From Deltaproteobacteria bacterium (GTDB lineage: Bacteria > SAR324 > NAC60-12), in NCBI GenBank assembly GCA_038150265.1, contig JAYOTF010000005.1:46469-110468 (forward strand): a DNA stretch of 64,000 nt. Direction: 5' to 3'. Position 1 is the stretch's first letter. Each line of letters begins with the position of its first letter. A program made the position numbers and the translations under genes. Under the pieces are notes generated by a model. The model had not been told where the DNA came from and ran no database searches. It was given only the letters and a program-made list of their open reading frames with translations. Below are positions 9,885-18,825 of the stretch, one piece after another.

Positions 9885-11059
9885 TGAAAGGCAGTACATT
9901 GGGATTCAGGTTGATCAAAGCCCAGGGTATCCAGCTCCGTTTTCGGGTGCAAAAACCCCTGTTGCGGAGACGTGGAAACGAGGGCACGTGGATGAACCAG
10001 CGGGATGGTCTGACGCAACTGGCCGTTCCAGGACCGGAAGTTCAGGCTCAGCCCCTTGAAGCCGGCAATCTTGAGCTGATCGCCAAGGAGGTACGTCCGG
10101 AGCGTTGTCGGGTCGGCGGCCTTGGTGCGAGTGACCGCCTCGCCGATGGCCCGCATCGCCACCCAGGCGGCATAATCCCGGGCCCGCATGTCACGGTCGG
10201 CGAGGCGCTGAAAGCGTTCCTGCAGCTGCACGGCGCCCCACTGCTCCACCACGCGGTCCCAGGTGGTGGCCACGAGTCCCTGAGTTCCCGCGACTGGGCG
10301 GGGGTCTCGGGTGTGGTAGGGCAGGTATTCGCCAAAGTCTCCGATTTCATCGGCCACGACGAGGATGTCGTACTCCTCTGGAATTTGCGTGAACAGGGGG
10401 AATTCCTGCTGCGCCAGCCGGCGCATGTCCGAGTCGAAGGTCCATTGCTTCTCGGCAACAATCTTGATGCCATACCGCTTGGCTGTCCGCTTGAGGGACG
10501 CGACGTAGAGCCGGTCGCCCGGCTTGTTTCCGGAGATGAGGAACCAGCGCTTCCACTTCATGGCAAGCAGGTACTGCCCGAGCGCATCAGTGAGCATGGC
10601 GCGGCTGGGCAGGGTGTGCAGCAGGTTGGCCTGGCACTGTTCCTCGCGGAGGGCATTTTCCGGGGCTCCCGCATTGAAAAGCAGCACATCGGAGCCGGTG
10701 GCCAATTCGGCTGCGCGTTGGGTTTCTGCCGCCGGTGCATTGAGAACCAGGTACTGGGTTCCGGAGGCAAGGACCTCCTGAACCGCAGCCTCCCAGTCTC
10801 CGCCAGTGGGAACCACGACTTCCTGCAACGTGTAGCTTTGTCCGAGAAAGCGTCCGGAGGCGAGGTTGTCCTGAATGCCAAGCCGAGCCCCCTGGAGGCC
10901 GAGGTCTTCTGGAACTTCATCCAGGTTGGAAAGCACCGGGGGGCGTTCCACTTGTTGCTCCAGGTACGTGACTGCGACCTCGAGTTTGGAGTTCGATTGC
11001 CCCCAGCCGGGAGCGGCGAGAACCATCAGAGCAGTGATCAGGAGGAGACGGAGCTTCAT
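9881..11059 (-). CDS. ABC-type periplasmic substrate-binding protein, PQQ-dependent alcohol dehydrogenase system (LivK-like fold)
   Basis: Signal peptide MKLRLLLITALMVLAAPGWGQ. About 390 aa of type-I PBP architecture. Embedded in the quinoprotein locus. Confidence 0.8.
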   Translation of the reverse strand: MKLRLLLITALMVLAAPGWGQSNSKLEVAVTYLEQQVERPPVLSNLDEVPEDLGLQGARLGIQDNLASGRFLGQSYTLQEVVVPTGGDWEAAVQEVLASGTQYLVLNAPAAETQRAAELATGSDVLLFNAGAPENALREEQCQANLLHTLPSRAMLTDALGQYLLAMKWKRWFLISGNKPGDRLYVASLKRTAKRYGIKIVAEKQWTFDSDMRRLAQQEFPLFTQIPEEYDILVVADEIGDFGEYLPYHTRDPRPVAGTQGLVATTWDRVVEQWGAVQLQERFQRLADRDMRARDYAAWVAMRAIGEAVTRTKAADPTTLRTYLLGDQLKIAGFKGLSLNFRSWNGQLRQTIPLVHPRALVSTSPQQGFLHPKTELDTLGFDQPESQCTAFQ

Positions 11060-11997
11060 TGCGGCGTCTGGATCAGAGAAAAGGTTTGGGCTTCGTATTT
11101 GGGATAAAGGTGAACCACGGAGCGTGCCAGCTCTTCCCGGAAGAGGGCAATGCTTTCAAACTCCTTGGGTGTGGGAGTTTGCATGACCTCGTTCATGTTC
11201 CGTCCCTTCATGCTGGCCCGCGCAAAGACCTCATGAAGCCACTGCAGGTGCTTCTGCGTCTGCTGGATGGGGCGGGTATCGGTGGCCGTTTCGCCATGTC
11301 CGGGCACCAGGAGGGTGAAGGGGAGCTGTTCCAACTCCTTGAGCGATTCCAGCCAGGCCGCAATCTGCGCATGCGGGGTCGCCAGGGCCCGGTTGTGGAA
11401 GACAATGTCTCCGGCAAACAGCACACCGGTGGTTTCATCAAAGATCGCCAGGTCGGCGCTCGTGTGGCCATGCAGGGCGATCAGGCGCAGGCGGTGCCCG
11501 CCAAACTCAACAGTCCCCGGAGCAAGCGTGTGTTGGGGAAGCCGCACATCGGTTCCCTGCATCGGGGCGCCGACGAGGCGGTAGAGGTTGTCCAGAAAGC
11601 CGGGGCCCTGCGTCTTGAGGCCCTCAATGGTCTTCGGAAGCGCATGGAGCTGATCGGCGTCAAAGGCCTGGTTGCCAAAGGCATGATCCGGGTGGTGGTG
11701 GGTGATCCAGACCTGCCAGATGGGCTGATCCGTCACCGTGGCAATGGCCTCCCGGAGCGCCTCGCCATAGAGCTTCGAGGGGCCGGAGTCGATCACGAGC
11801 ACCCCCTCCGGAGTGGTCACGAAGGAGATGTTGACAATGTTGCCGTGATTCTCCCGAGCGAGCCCCTCCTTTTTGCCAAACAGCACATACGTGTCCGGCG
11901 CCACCTGCTGGGGCTTGAGGTCGTAGAAGGACTTGCTCCAGCCAGGACTTGGCAGGAACAGCAGGCTGATCAGGCAGAGGCGGAGCAGCGGCATCAT
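11056..11997 (-). CDS. Quinoprotein relay system zinc metallohydrolase (MBL fold)
   Basis: Signal peptide MMPLLRLCLISLLFLPSPGWS. MBL motif WITHHHPDHAFG, plus later His/Asp ligands (HGHTSAD, GHG). Confidence 0.8.
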   Translation of the reverse strand: MMPLLRLCLISLLFLPSPGWSKSFYDLKPQQVAPDTYVLFGKKEGLARENHGNIVNISFVTTPEGVLVIDSGPSKLYGEALREAIATVTDQPIWQVWITHHHPDHAFGNQAFDADQLHALPKTIEGLKTQGPGFLDNLYRLVGAPMQGTDVRLPQHTLAPGTVEFGGHRLRLIALHGHTSADLAIFDETTGVLFAGDIVFHNRALATPHAQIAAWLESLKELEQLPFTLLVPGHGETATDTRPIQQTQKHLQWLHEVFARASMKGRNMNEVMQTPTPKEFESIALFREELARSVVHLYPKYEAQTFSLIQTPQ

Positions 11998-12800
11998 TGC
12001 ATGGGAAACTGTGAAGCCAGCAGGTCCGGAAGGCGCGTTTGGGATTCAATCACGCCTTCGACCTGGAGGCCATTGTTGTCACGGAAGGTGACCCGGTAGC
12101 CGGACTCAGCGTGGTGCGGATCCAGCGTCAGGGTGGGATTTTCCGCAACGGGCTCATGGAGGCGCAGGCGTCCGAGCAACTCGTCAGTGCTGGCCTCTCG
12201 AACTTCCACCGTTTCAATGATGAAGACGGGGATGCCGTCACTGAGTCCGGTGTCCATGGGGTGCATCAGGCGCACACGCAGGCGGTCGGTGGAGTCGTTT
12301 TCCGGCCAGACCTGTCCCCAGAGCTCGCCGTAGTGGTCCTCCCACGAGGCAATCTGCTGGCCGACGCTGGGCGTGGTGCAGCCTCCTCCTGCCGCATCGA
12401 TGTAGGCTCCACCCACGTGCCAGACGCCATCGGTGGTGCGCATGGCAGCTCGGACCACGGTGCCCTGCTGGACCTTGAGGCGTACGGAAATCGAGGGATC
12501 GGCGTGAACGGGCTCATACGAGAGGACCCGGATGATCGGGTTGAGGTCTGCCATGATCCGGACTTCCTCCACCTGGCCGTCTCCCCTCCAGTAGGCACTG
12601 ACGGGGACCTGCATGCTGTCTTCTGCAGAGGCAGGAAGCAGCACCTCTACCTGCGAGTCAAAGGCCACTGGGCCTCCGTCCAGGTGGTGCTCATGCACGT
12701 ACTCCCACATGGGGGACTGGTAGGGGTCTTCCGGGACAGCGGCCCACGCGGTCAGGCCTCCTAGCAGGGCCACCGTGGTGGCCAGGAACGATTTGATCAT
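11994..12800 (-). CDS. Quinoprotein dehydrogenase-associated SoxYZ-like carrier (SoxY-SoxZ fusion architecture)
   Basis: Secreted 268-aa protein with internal AAGGGCTTPS (SoxY-type GGCGG-like carrier-cysteine motif at the domain junction). 4-nt overlaps with both neighbours. Confidence 0.65.
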   Translation of the reverse strand: MIKSFLATTVALLGGLTAWAAVPEDPYQSPMWEYVHEHHLDGGPVAFDSQVEVLLPASAEDSMQVPVSAYWRGDGQVEEVRIMADLNPIIRVLSYEPVHADPSISVRLKVQQGTVVRAAMRTTDGVWHVGGAYIDAAGGGCTTPSVGQQIASWEDHYGELWGQVWPENDSTDRLRVRLMHPMDTGLSDGIPVFIIETVEVREASTDELLGRLRLHEPVAENPTLTLDPHHAESGYRVTFRDNNGLQVEGVIESQTRLPDLLASQFPMQ

Positions 12801-13516
12801 GCTTCCTCCTTATCAGGTGCGGAAAAGGTAAGCTCGCGACGCAACTCGGCCAGAAACTCGGCGTTTCGGTGTTCCCGAGGCTGGGTCAGGTGAGTCTCGT
12901 GTACAATGCCCCGGGCTTCCGGGCTGAAGAACAGGACTCGGTCGGCCAACTCCAGCGCCTCGTTGAGGTCGTGGGTGACAAAGAGCACCGCGCACTGGCG
13001 TTCCTCCCACAGCTCAAGGAGCAGGCGGCGGAGCAAAGCCGCGTTTTCTTCATCAAGTGAAACAAATGGCTCATCAAGCAGCAACAGGTCCGGCTGAATC
13101 GAGAACGCGCGGGCCAGCGAAACGCGACGGGCCATGCCCAGTGAGAGGTCTCCGGGATACGCCTGTCGGTAGTCGAGCAGGCCCATGCGCTTCAGGTAGC
13201 GGAGCGGGCGGTCGCTGGACCGTTCTTCCGGAGGCAGCACCAGCCGGAGGTTCTGCTCAATGGTCCGCCATGGCAGCAGCGTGGGCTCTTGAAAGACATA
13301 CGCCAGCCGCTGCTCAGGCGCTTGGTCAAAGCGGCCCTCGAAGTGCGGGTCAATGCCGGCGATGAGGTTCAAGAGGGTCGTCTTGCCACACCCGGAAGGG
13401 CCTGAGAGGGCAATGAACTCCCCTGGTGCCACGGTGATGGAAACATTTTCCAAAACCACCCGGGGAGGCTCGCCTGCGCGTCCCGGAAAGGCCTTGCGTT
13501 CCAGATCAATCTGCAA
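12797..13516 (-). CDS. ABC transporter ATP-binding protein (PQQ-ADH system transporter)
   Basis: Walker A GPSGCGKTT, signature LSLGMARRVSLARA, Walker B LLLLDEPFVSLDE. Confidence 0.9.
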   Translation of the reverse strand: MQIDLERKAFPGRAGEPPRVVLENVSITVAPGEFIALSGPSGCGKTTLLNLIAGIDPHFEGRFDQAPEQRLAYVFQEPTLLPWRTIEQNLRLVLPPEERSSDRPLRYLKRMGLLDYRQAYPGDLSLGMARRVSLARAFSIQPDLLLLDEPFVSLDEENAALLRRLLLELWEERQCAVLFVTHDLNEALELADRVLFFSPEARGIVHETHLTQPREHRNAEFLAELRRELTFSAPDKEEA

Positions 13517-13528
13517 CTGCCCTCACTT

Positions 13529-14281
13529 TCATGCTGGAACCGCCTTCCAGCGATTGGACCAGCGCTCAAGGGGTTGCAGGATCTGCCACTCAATCAACTG
13601 GACAACGACAATAAAAGCCGCACTGTAGGCCAGGATGCCGGCAACGTCAAATAGCTGGAAGTACGCGTGGAGCTGAAAGCCGACGCCGTTGCTGCGTCCG
13701 AGTAGCTCGACGACCAGGACGATCTTCCAGATGAGCGCCAGTCCGGAACGCGCTGCTGCGGCAAGGTAGGGAGCCAGTTGGGGCAGCAGGATGTGCCAAA
13801 AGCGGTCGGCCCAGGAGAGGCGGTAGCTGATGGCCAGCGCGTTGAACTGCGGGTTGAAGCTCCGGGCGCCTTCCCGCAGGATCACGGTGACGTTCGGGAC
13901 CTTGTTCAGGATGACGGCCAGCAACGCCGCTGCTTCCACCAGCCCCATGCTGAGGTAGCAGAGAATGATGGTCACCAATGCAGGGACGTTGAGCAGGATG
14001 ACCAGCCAGAGGTCCAGAGTGGAGTTGACTCGCTCGGAGCGCCCCATGGCAACCCCGATGAGGCTTCCGGTGAACATGGCAATCACAAAGCAGATCAGCA
14101 CGCGCTTGAGGGTGATGCCGAGGTGCCACCAAAGCTCCCCGCTCTGGGCTTCTTCCCAGAGTACCTCAAGGGTCTTGCCTGGGGTGGGCAAAAACGGAAT
14201 CCACTGTCCAGAGGCAGCCAGGTGCCACGCTCCGACAATCAGCAGTAAGGATCCCCACGCACCCCAGCTATGCTGCTTCAT
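13529..14281 (-). CDS. ABC transporter permease (NitT/TauT-type)
   Basis: Six predicted TM segments, binding-protein-dependent permease fold. Confidence 0.85.
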   Translation of the reverse strand: MKQHSWGAWGSLLLIVGAWHLAASGQWIPFLPTPGKTLEVLWEEAQSGELWWHLGITLKRVLICFVIAMFTGSLIGVAMGRSERVNSTLDLWLVILLNVPALVTIILCYLSMGLVEAAALLAVILNKVPNVTVILREGARSFNPQFNALAISYRLSWADRFWHILLPQLAPYLAAAARSGLALIWKIVLVVELLGRSNGVGFQLHAYFQLFDVAGILAYSAAFIVVVQLIEWQILQPLERWSNRWKAVPA

Positions 14282-15261
14282 GACTCGACGTCAGCCACTC
14301 CCCAGAAGGTGCCTTCGGCCAGCTGCGTGCTGTCGCCAATGAGCTTCTTGCCACCCAGTTTTCCCAAAATCCGGAAGAGCTTTTTGGCATCCCGGACCCC
14401 GGCTGCTGTGACGGGTTGGGGGGTGCCTTCGAGGTAACCCCGCTTGAGCTGCTCAAATTCCGCATCGTTCCTGGTTCCCATCTTGGGACGGAGCGAAGTC
14501 CAGGCGTCCGGATTGCGAGCGAGCAGGTCCTTGGCGCTGGTGGAGGCCTGAACCATCCCGGCGACTGCTTCAGGGTTGGCCTTGGCCCAGTCTTCCATGA
14601 AGATGTACCCCAGCATCGGCACCTGCTCCGTGATGCCAAGCTGAGGAGCAACGTCGGTCAGGTTCATCAGGCGCTTCATGCCGGCCGCCTCAAGCTTGGC
14701 GGCAAAGTGCCAGTAGGTGATCACGGCGTCGACGCGTCCAGCCTGCAGCTCCTTGCTCAGCAGCGGCGGTGCGCCAAAGACCTTCTCGATGGAATTGAGA
14801 TCCAGGTTGTCCTGCTGCCCAAGGGCCTGCAGCATGAGCCAGCCCTTGGAGAGGGCGCCACCGACCACTCCGAGCTTCTTCCCTTCGAGGTCCTTGACGG
14901 AGGTGATGCCCGAGTCCGGACGGATCATCAGGCCACCGACCGAGGACGAGTAGGGGACAAAGCTAAAGGCGTGGCCCTGGTCGCGCATCCGGGAAACCCA
15001 CATCCAGTCGGCAACCGCAACATCGGCAGCGCCCTGCTGAACGGCCATCCGGGTGGCACCAATGTCGGCGAGTTCCAGAATCTCCAACTCAATGCCGGCC
15101 TGGCGGTCCAGTCCGTTTTCCACAATGGCATTCAACTCCCAGTTGACCGTACCGGTTTTGGTACTGGCAACGCGAACCGTGGTTGCGGCGGCGGCAGAGC
15201 TCAGCAAGAGGCCTGAGACGGCAACCGCCAGAAATCGTTTAATCAGCATCGTTCTCCTCAT
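14278..15261 (-). CDS. ABC transporter substrate-binding protein (NMT1/NitT/TauT family)
   Basis: Signal peptide MLIKRFLAVAVSGLLLSSAAAA. About 320-aa periplasmic SBP immediately upstream of the permease and ATPase. Confidence 0.8.
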   Translation of the reverse strand: MRRTMLIKRFLAVAVSGLLLSSAAAATTVRVASTKTGTVNWELNAIVENGLDRQAGIELEILELADIGATRMAVQQGAADVAVADWMWVSRMRDQGHAFSFVPYSSSVGGLMIRPDSGITSVKDLEGKKLGVVGGALSKGWLMLQALGQQDNLDLNSIEKVFGAPPLLSKELQAGRVDAVITYWHFAAKLEAAGMKRLMNLTDVAPQLGITEQVPMLGYIFMEDWAKANPEAVAGMVQASTSAKDLLARNPDAWTSLRPKMGTRNDAEFEQLKRGYLEGTPQPVTAAGVRDAKKLFRILGKLGGKKLIGDSTQLAEGTFWGVADVES

Positions 15262-16202
15262 TCAGGGTTCAGGTACTCCGGAAGCCGGTAGGTCATGCCG
15301 TATTGGGCATAGATCTTCTCCATGGTGCCGTCATTCACCATTTGAGTTACCTGGTCTTCCAACGCATAGCCGAGGTCACGAGAGTCCTGCCGGACGGCCA
15401 TTCCGATGTCCCATTCGGTCCGCGGTTCAGCCATTTCGTAGGTGCACTCCGCCTCAATTTCAACTTTTGAGGTCCAGTCTTTTTTGATGTCGGGGCAGCG
15501 GATCACGCGTTGAGGAGTGAGAAGCCCGGCGAGAGGGGGCTGGAACACGTTGATGTTCTCGGTCTCCGAGAGCATGCTTTCCACAGGGCCGGATAGGCCC
15601 ATGACGGCGGCGACCTCTCCGGTGCGGAGCGCGTCCGTTGCTGCAGTCAGGTTGGGGTAGCGGACAATGCCGCGGTTGAGGCGTCCCCCAAACATGCCGG
15701 ACAGGATGAAGTCCGGAATGCTGTCCAGTTCCACACCCACCTTCTCATACATGAAGATGGCGTAATTGGGGAACGACTCAATCTTGCGGACGTCGTGCGC
15801 CAGCAAGAAGGTTTCAGACTGGTAGGGGGCCGTGATGACGACGAGCTCGTTCCGGAGGGCAAACTCCAGATCAAAGGGGATGCGGAGCATGAAGTCCGCC
15901 ACCTCCCAGTTCCGGATGGCGTTGCCTTTTCCAACAGCCACCCGCAGGTCGGCATCCACGTTTTCCCCGGCCTCATGCCAGTGCCAGCGGGGCTCCACCC
16001 CGAGCCGTCGGGCGATCTCTCGCCCAATCTCGACATCAGAGCCTCGCGGTTCCCCATTCTCCTGATAGGAAAAGGGGGGGAAGTCGGTGTACACGGCAAT
16101 GGAGATGTACCCCGACTCCATGACGTCATCCAGCAAGCGGGCACTGGCCGAACTGAGTGAGACCAGTAACGCCGCGAGGATGCAGAACGCTTTATTCCAC
16201 AT
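15258..16202 (-). CDS. Quinoprotein dehydrogenase-associated periplasmic solute-binding protein (XoxJ/MoxJ-like, SBP family 3)
   Basis: Start MWNKAFCILAALLVSLSSASA at 16202. Family-3 SBP features. Directly downstream of the cytochrome gene. Confidence 0.75.
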   Translation of the reverse strand: MWNKAFCILAALLVSLSSASARLLDDVMESGYISIAVYTDFPPFSYQENGEPRGSDVEIGREIARRLGVEPRWHWHEAGENVDADLRVAVGKGNAIRNWEVADFMLRIPFDLEFALRNELVVITAPYQSETFLLAHDVRKIESFPNYAIFMYEKVGVELDSIPDFILSGMFGGRLNRGIVRYPNLTAATDALRTGEVAAVMGLSGPVESMLSETENINVFQPPLAGLLTPQRVIRCPDIKKDWTSKVEIEAECTYEMAEPRTEWDIGMAVRQDSRDLGYALEDQVTQMVNDGTMEKIYAQYGMTYRLPEYLNPE

Positions 16203-16611
16203 GGACCGTATCCAGCCAGCTGCGGATCGCCCACATGGCTTCTTGGCTAAAGACCTCTTCAAAGGCCGGCATGTAGGTCATCCCGTTGCGGATGACCCCG
16301 TTGCGGATGCGCATCAGGAACCACTCGTCGCCTTCCATCCCCACCGGCAGCATGCGCAGGTCGGGGGCAATGCCGCCCGAGATGGCCTCAAGGCCGTGGC
16401 AGCGGGCGCAGTTTTGGTTGTAGGCCGAGGCGCCAATTTCAATGGCCCGCTCGTTTCCGCGGTAGGGGTTTTCATCCAGCCACTCGTCACCCAAAGGCTC
16501 CAGGCCACTGGTGTCGACCAACTGCGGAGTGACATCGCCATGGGAGAAAGCTGAGCCCGTCCATCCGACGAGGCCAATGAAGAGAGCAAATGCGCTAACA
16601 ATGAGTCTCAT
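16192..16611 (-). CDS. Cytochrome c550 (PedF/ExaB-type electron acceptor of the PQQ dehydrogenase)
   Basis: Signal peptide MRLIVSAFALFIGLVGWTGSAFS. Single haem motif CARCHG. About 139 aa. Confidence 0.8.
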   Translation of the reverse strand: MRLIVSAFALFIGLVGWTGSAFSHGDVTPQLVDTSGLEPLGDEWLDENPYRGNERAIEIGASAYNQNCARCHGLEAISGGIAPDLRMLPVGMEGDEWFLMRIRNGVIRNGMTYMPAFEEVFSQEAMWAIRSWLDTVHVE

Positions 16612-16714
16612 GATCCATCCAAAAATTGGGGGTTTGGAGTCTGGCAACGTGGAGGAGGCGGAGGCGGGACCGGTCATGAGCTTCCGCGTCTCCATGCTGA
16701 CGAAGGTTCCGGTG

Positions 16715-16762
16715 TCTGGGAAGAAAACCAGGGAATGAAAGGGAGGAGCCGAAGCTCCTCCC
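16715..16762 (-). terminator. Intrinsic terminator/attenuator between the PQQ dehydrogenase gene and the cytochrome gene
   Basis: On the minus-strand RNA: GGGAGGAGC-UUCG-GCUCCUCCC (9-bp GC stem, UUCG tetraloop) followed by UUUCAUUCCCUGGUUUUCUUCC. Confidence 0.55.
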
Positions 16763-16768
16763 GGGAAC

Positions 16769-18556
16769 TCAGTTGCTGCCGAGTTGCAGCGTGTCCTTCT
16801 GGTTGTTGTAGGTGCTCAGCTTCGGAAGCTTGAAGGTCCAGACCATGCCACCCTGGTTGAGGTAGTTGACGGTCTTGGCGACTTCACCGCCCCACAGCGG
16901 AACGGCTCCGCCCCATCCGGACACGACGGTGACGTACTGCTCACCGTCCATGCGCCAGGTGACGGGGGATCCGACGATTCCGGAACCGGTCTGGAACTTC
17001 CAGAGGGTCTCACCGGTCTCATCATCAACCGCCATGAATTGGCCTTCCGGAGTTCCGTAGAACACCAGTCCTCCACCCGTGGTCAGCACGCCACCCCACA
17101 GCGGAGCGTTGTTGCGCTTTTCCCACTTGATGTCACCCGTGCGGGGATCGATCGCCTTGAGGGCGCCGATGTAGTCCTCATGCAGCGGCTTGATGGTGAA
17201 GCCGGCTCCGAGGTAAGCCGCACCTTTTTTGTAGGTGACGGGCTCGTTCCAGAGGTCCATCGCCCAGGAGTTGGACGGCACGTAGAAGTTGCCGGTGCGC
17301 TGGCTGTAGGCCATCGGCATCCAGTTCTTTCCACCGAGGAAGGACGGGTAGACCACGATCGGCTCACCCTTGTCCTGGCCGGCCGGATTTCCGGGGCGCA
17401 GCTGGTTCGGAAGCGGACGGCAGTTTTCGTCCAGTCCCTCGGTCCAGTTCACTTCCACAAACGGAAGGGCGCGGATGCACTTGCCGTTCTCACGGTTGAG
17501 GACGTAGAAGTGTCCGTTTCGGTCGGCCTTGGCGCCGGCCTTGATGGTGCGACCGGTCTTGGGGTCGATGTAGTCAAAGGAGACGAACTCGTTGACGCCA
17601 TCATAGTCCCAGTGGTCATTCGGAGTGCCCTGGAAGTGCCACTTGATGACGCCGGTGTTGACGTCGATGGCGAGGGTGGAGGTGCTGTAGAGGTTGTCCC
17701 CCTTGCGCAGGTACGCGTTCCAGGGAGCCGGGTTGCCGGTTCCGAAGAAGGCGAGGCCGGTGTCCGGGTCGTAGGTGCCGCCCAGCCAGGTGGCTGCGCC
17801 GCCGAACTTCCACATTTCACCCGGCCAGGTCTTGCCTGCGGCACCACCCGTGATGCCGTTGTCCTTGCCGTTCAGGGTGCCCATGTGGCCCTCAACGGTG
17901 GGGCGGGACCAGACCAGCTCACCGGTGTTGACGTCACGAGCCTCAACTTTTCCGACAATGCCGAATTCACCCCCGGACACTCCGGTGATGACCATGCTGT
18001 TGACGACCAGCGGAGCGGCGGTGTAGGAGTACCCGGCTTTGTAGTCTCCCAGCTTCTTGCTCCAGACGACCTTCCCGGTTTTCTTGTTCAGCGCCACGAG
18101 CTTGGCATCCAGGGTGCCGAAGATCACCTTGTCTCCGCTCAGAGCGGCGCCACGGTTGACCACGTCACAGCACGGCATGATGCCGTCTGGGAGGCGAGCC
18201 TCGTACTGCCACAGCTCCTCTCCCGTCCGGGCATCGACCGCGAACAGGCGAGAGTAGGAAGCGGTGACGTACATCACGCCATCTTCGATGAGCGGCTGGG
18301 TTTCCTGTCCACGCTGCTTCTCACCGCCAAAGGAGAAGGCCCAGGCGGGGAGCAGGTTTTGGACGTTGTCCTTGTTGATGTCGGTCAGCGGACTGTAGCG
18401 CTGGCCTTGCGGTCCCAGTCCGGTCCCCAGAACGTCCTCAACGCTGTTTTGGTCATTGAGGATTTCGGCGTCCGTGGTGGCCAGAGCTGGCCCGGCTGGA
18501 AGCGCGAGGAGTGCTGCTGCGGCCAGGCCGAAGTAGCTCATGTTTCGTTTTTTCAT
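16769..18556 (-). CDS. PQQ-dependent alcohol dehydrogenase, lanthanide-dependent type (PedH/ExaF/XoxF-like)
   Basis: Signal peptide, vicinal CC ([10 protein letters not shown]), propeller W-motifs. WDYDG (catalytic Asp plus the extra Asp diagnostic of Ln coordination). 595 aa. Confidence 0.95.
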   Translation of the reverse strand: MKKRNMSYFGLAAAALLALPAGPALATTDAEILNDQNSVEDVLGTGLGPQGQRYSPLTDINKDNVQNLLPAWAFSFGGEKQRGQETQPLIEDGVMYVTASYSRLFAVDARTGEELWQYEARLPDGIMPCCDVVNRGAALSGDKVIFGTLDAKLVALNKKTGKVVWSKKLGDYKAGYSYTAAPLVVNSMVITGVSGGEFGIVGKVEARDVNTGELVWSRPTVEGHMGTLNGKDNGITGGAAGKTWPGEMWKFGGAATWLGGTYDPDTGLAFFGTGNPAPWNAYLRKGDNLYSTSTLAIDVNTGVIKWHFQGTPNDHWDYDGVNEFVSFDYIDPKTGRTIKAGAKADRNGHFYVLNRENGKCIRALPFVEVNWTEGLDENCRPLPNQLRPGNPAGQDKGEPIVVYPSFLGGKNWMPMAYSQRTGNFYVPSNSWAMDLWNEPVTYKKGAAYLGAGFTIKPLHEDYIGALKAIDPRTGDIKWEKRNNAPLWGGVLTTGGGLVFYGTPEGQFMAVDDETGETLWKFQTGSGIVGSPVTWRMDGEQYVTVVSGWGGAVPLWGGEVAKTVNYLNQGGMVWTFKLPKLSTYNNQKDTLQLGSN

Positions 18557-18758
18557 CGGTTGTGCCCCCGTGAAAAGGTTTTGAGTCAGTCAAAAGTGGG
18601 CAAGGTGCCCCTTGGTTTCCCTGGGAGACGCCCAAGCACCGGTCGCTCCGGAACGTCTCACCACTACCCAGAAACCCGAACCCTCGGGCTTGCAGGTACA
18701 TCCGTCCCTCCCGAAGCAGGGACTTTGACAGGGGGACAGATTAGCGCCCCCCAAGATA

Positions 18759-18775
18759 GAATGCTTGCTGCATTC
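18759..18775. promoter_or_regulatory. Palindrome GAATGC-N5-GCATTC about 200 bp upstream of the PQQ dehydrogenase start
   Basis: Perfect 6-bp arms with 5-nt spacer. No flanking U-tract, so not an intrinsic terminator. Candidate regulator site. Confidence 0.3.
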
Positions 18776-18825
18776 TCCAAAAAAATAGAAGTATTGTACC
18801 GCTCCCGGTGAGCTCATTGGCGTTT

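Noticed and set aside
18557-18825. Sigma-54 promoter upstream of the PQQ dehydrogenase (GGCACC..TTGCC)
   Set aside because: GG-to-GC spacing is 8 rather than the required 10 and there is no EBP gene nearby.
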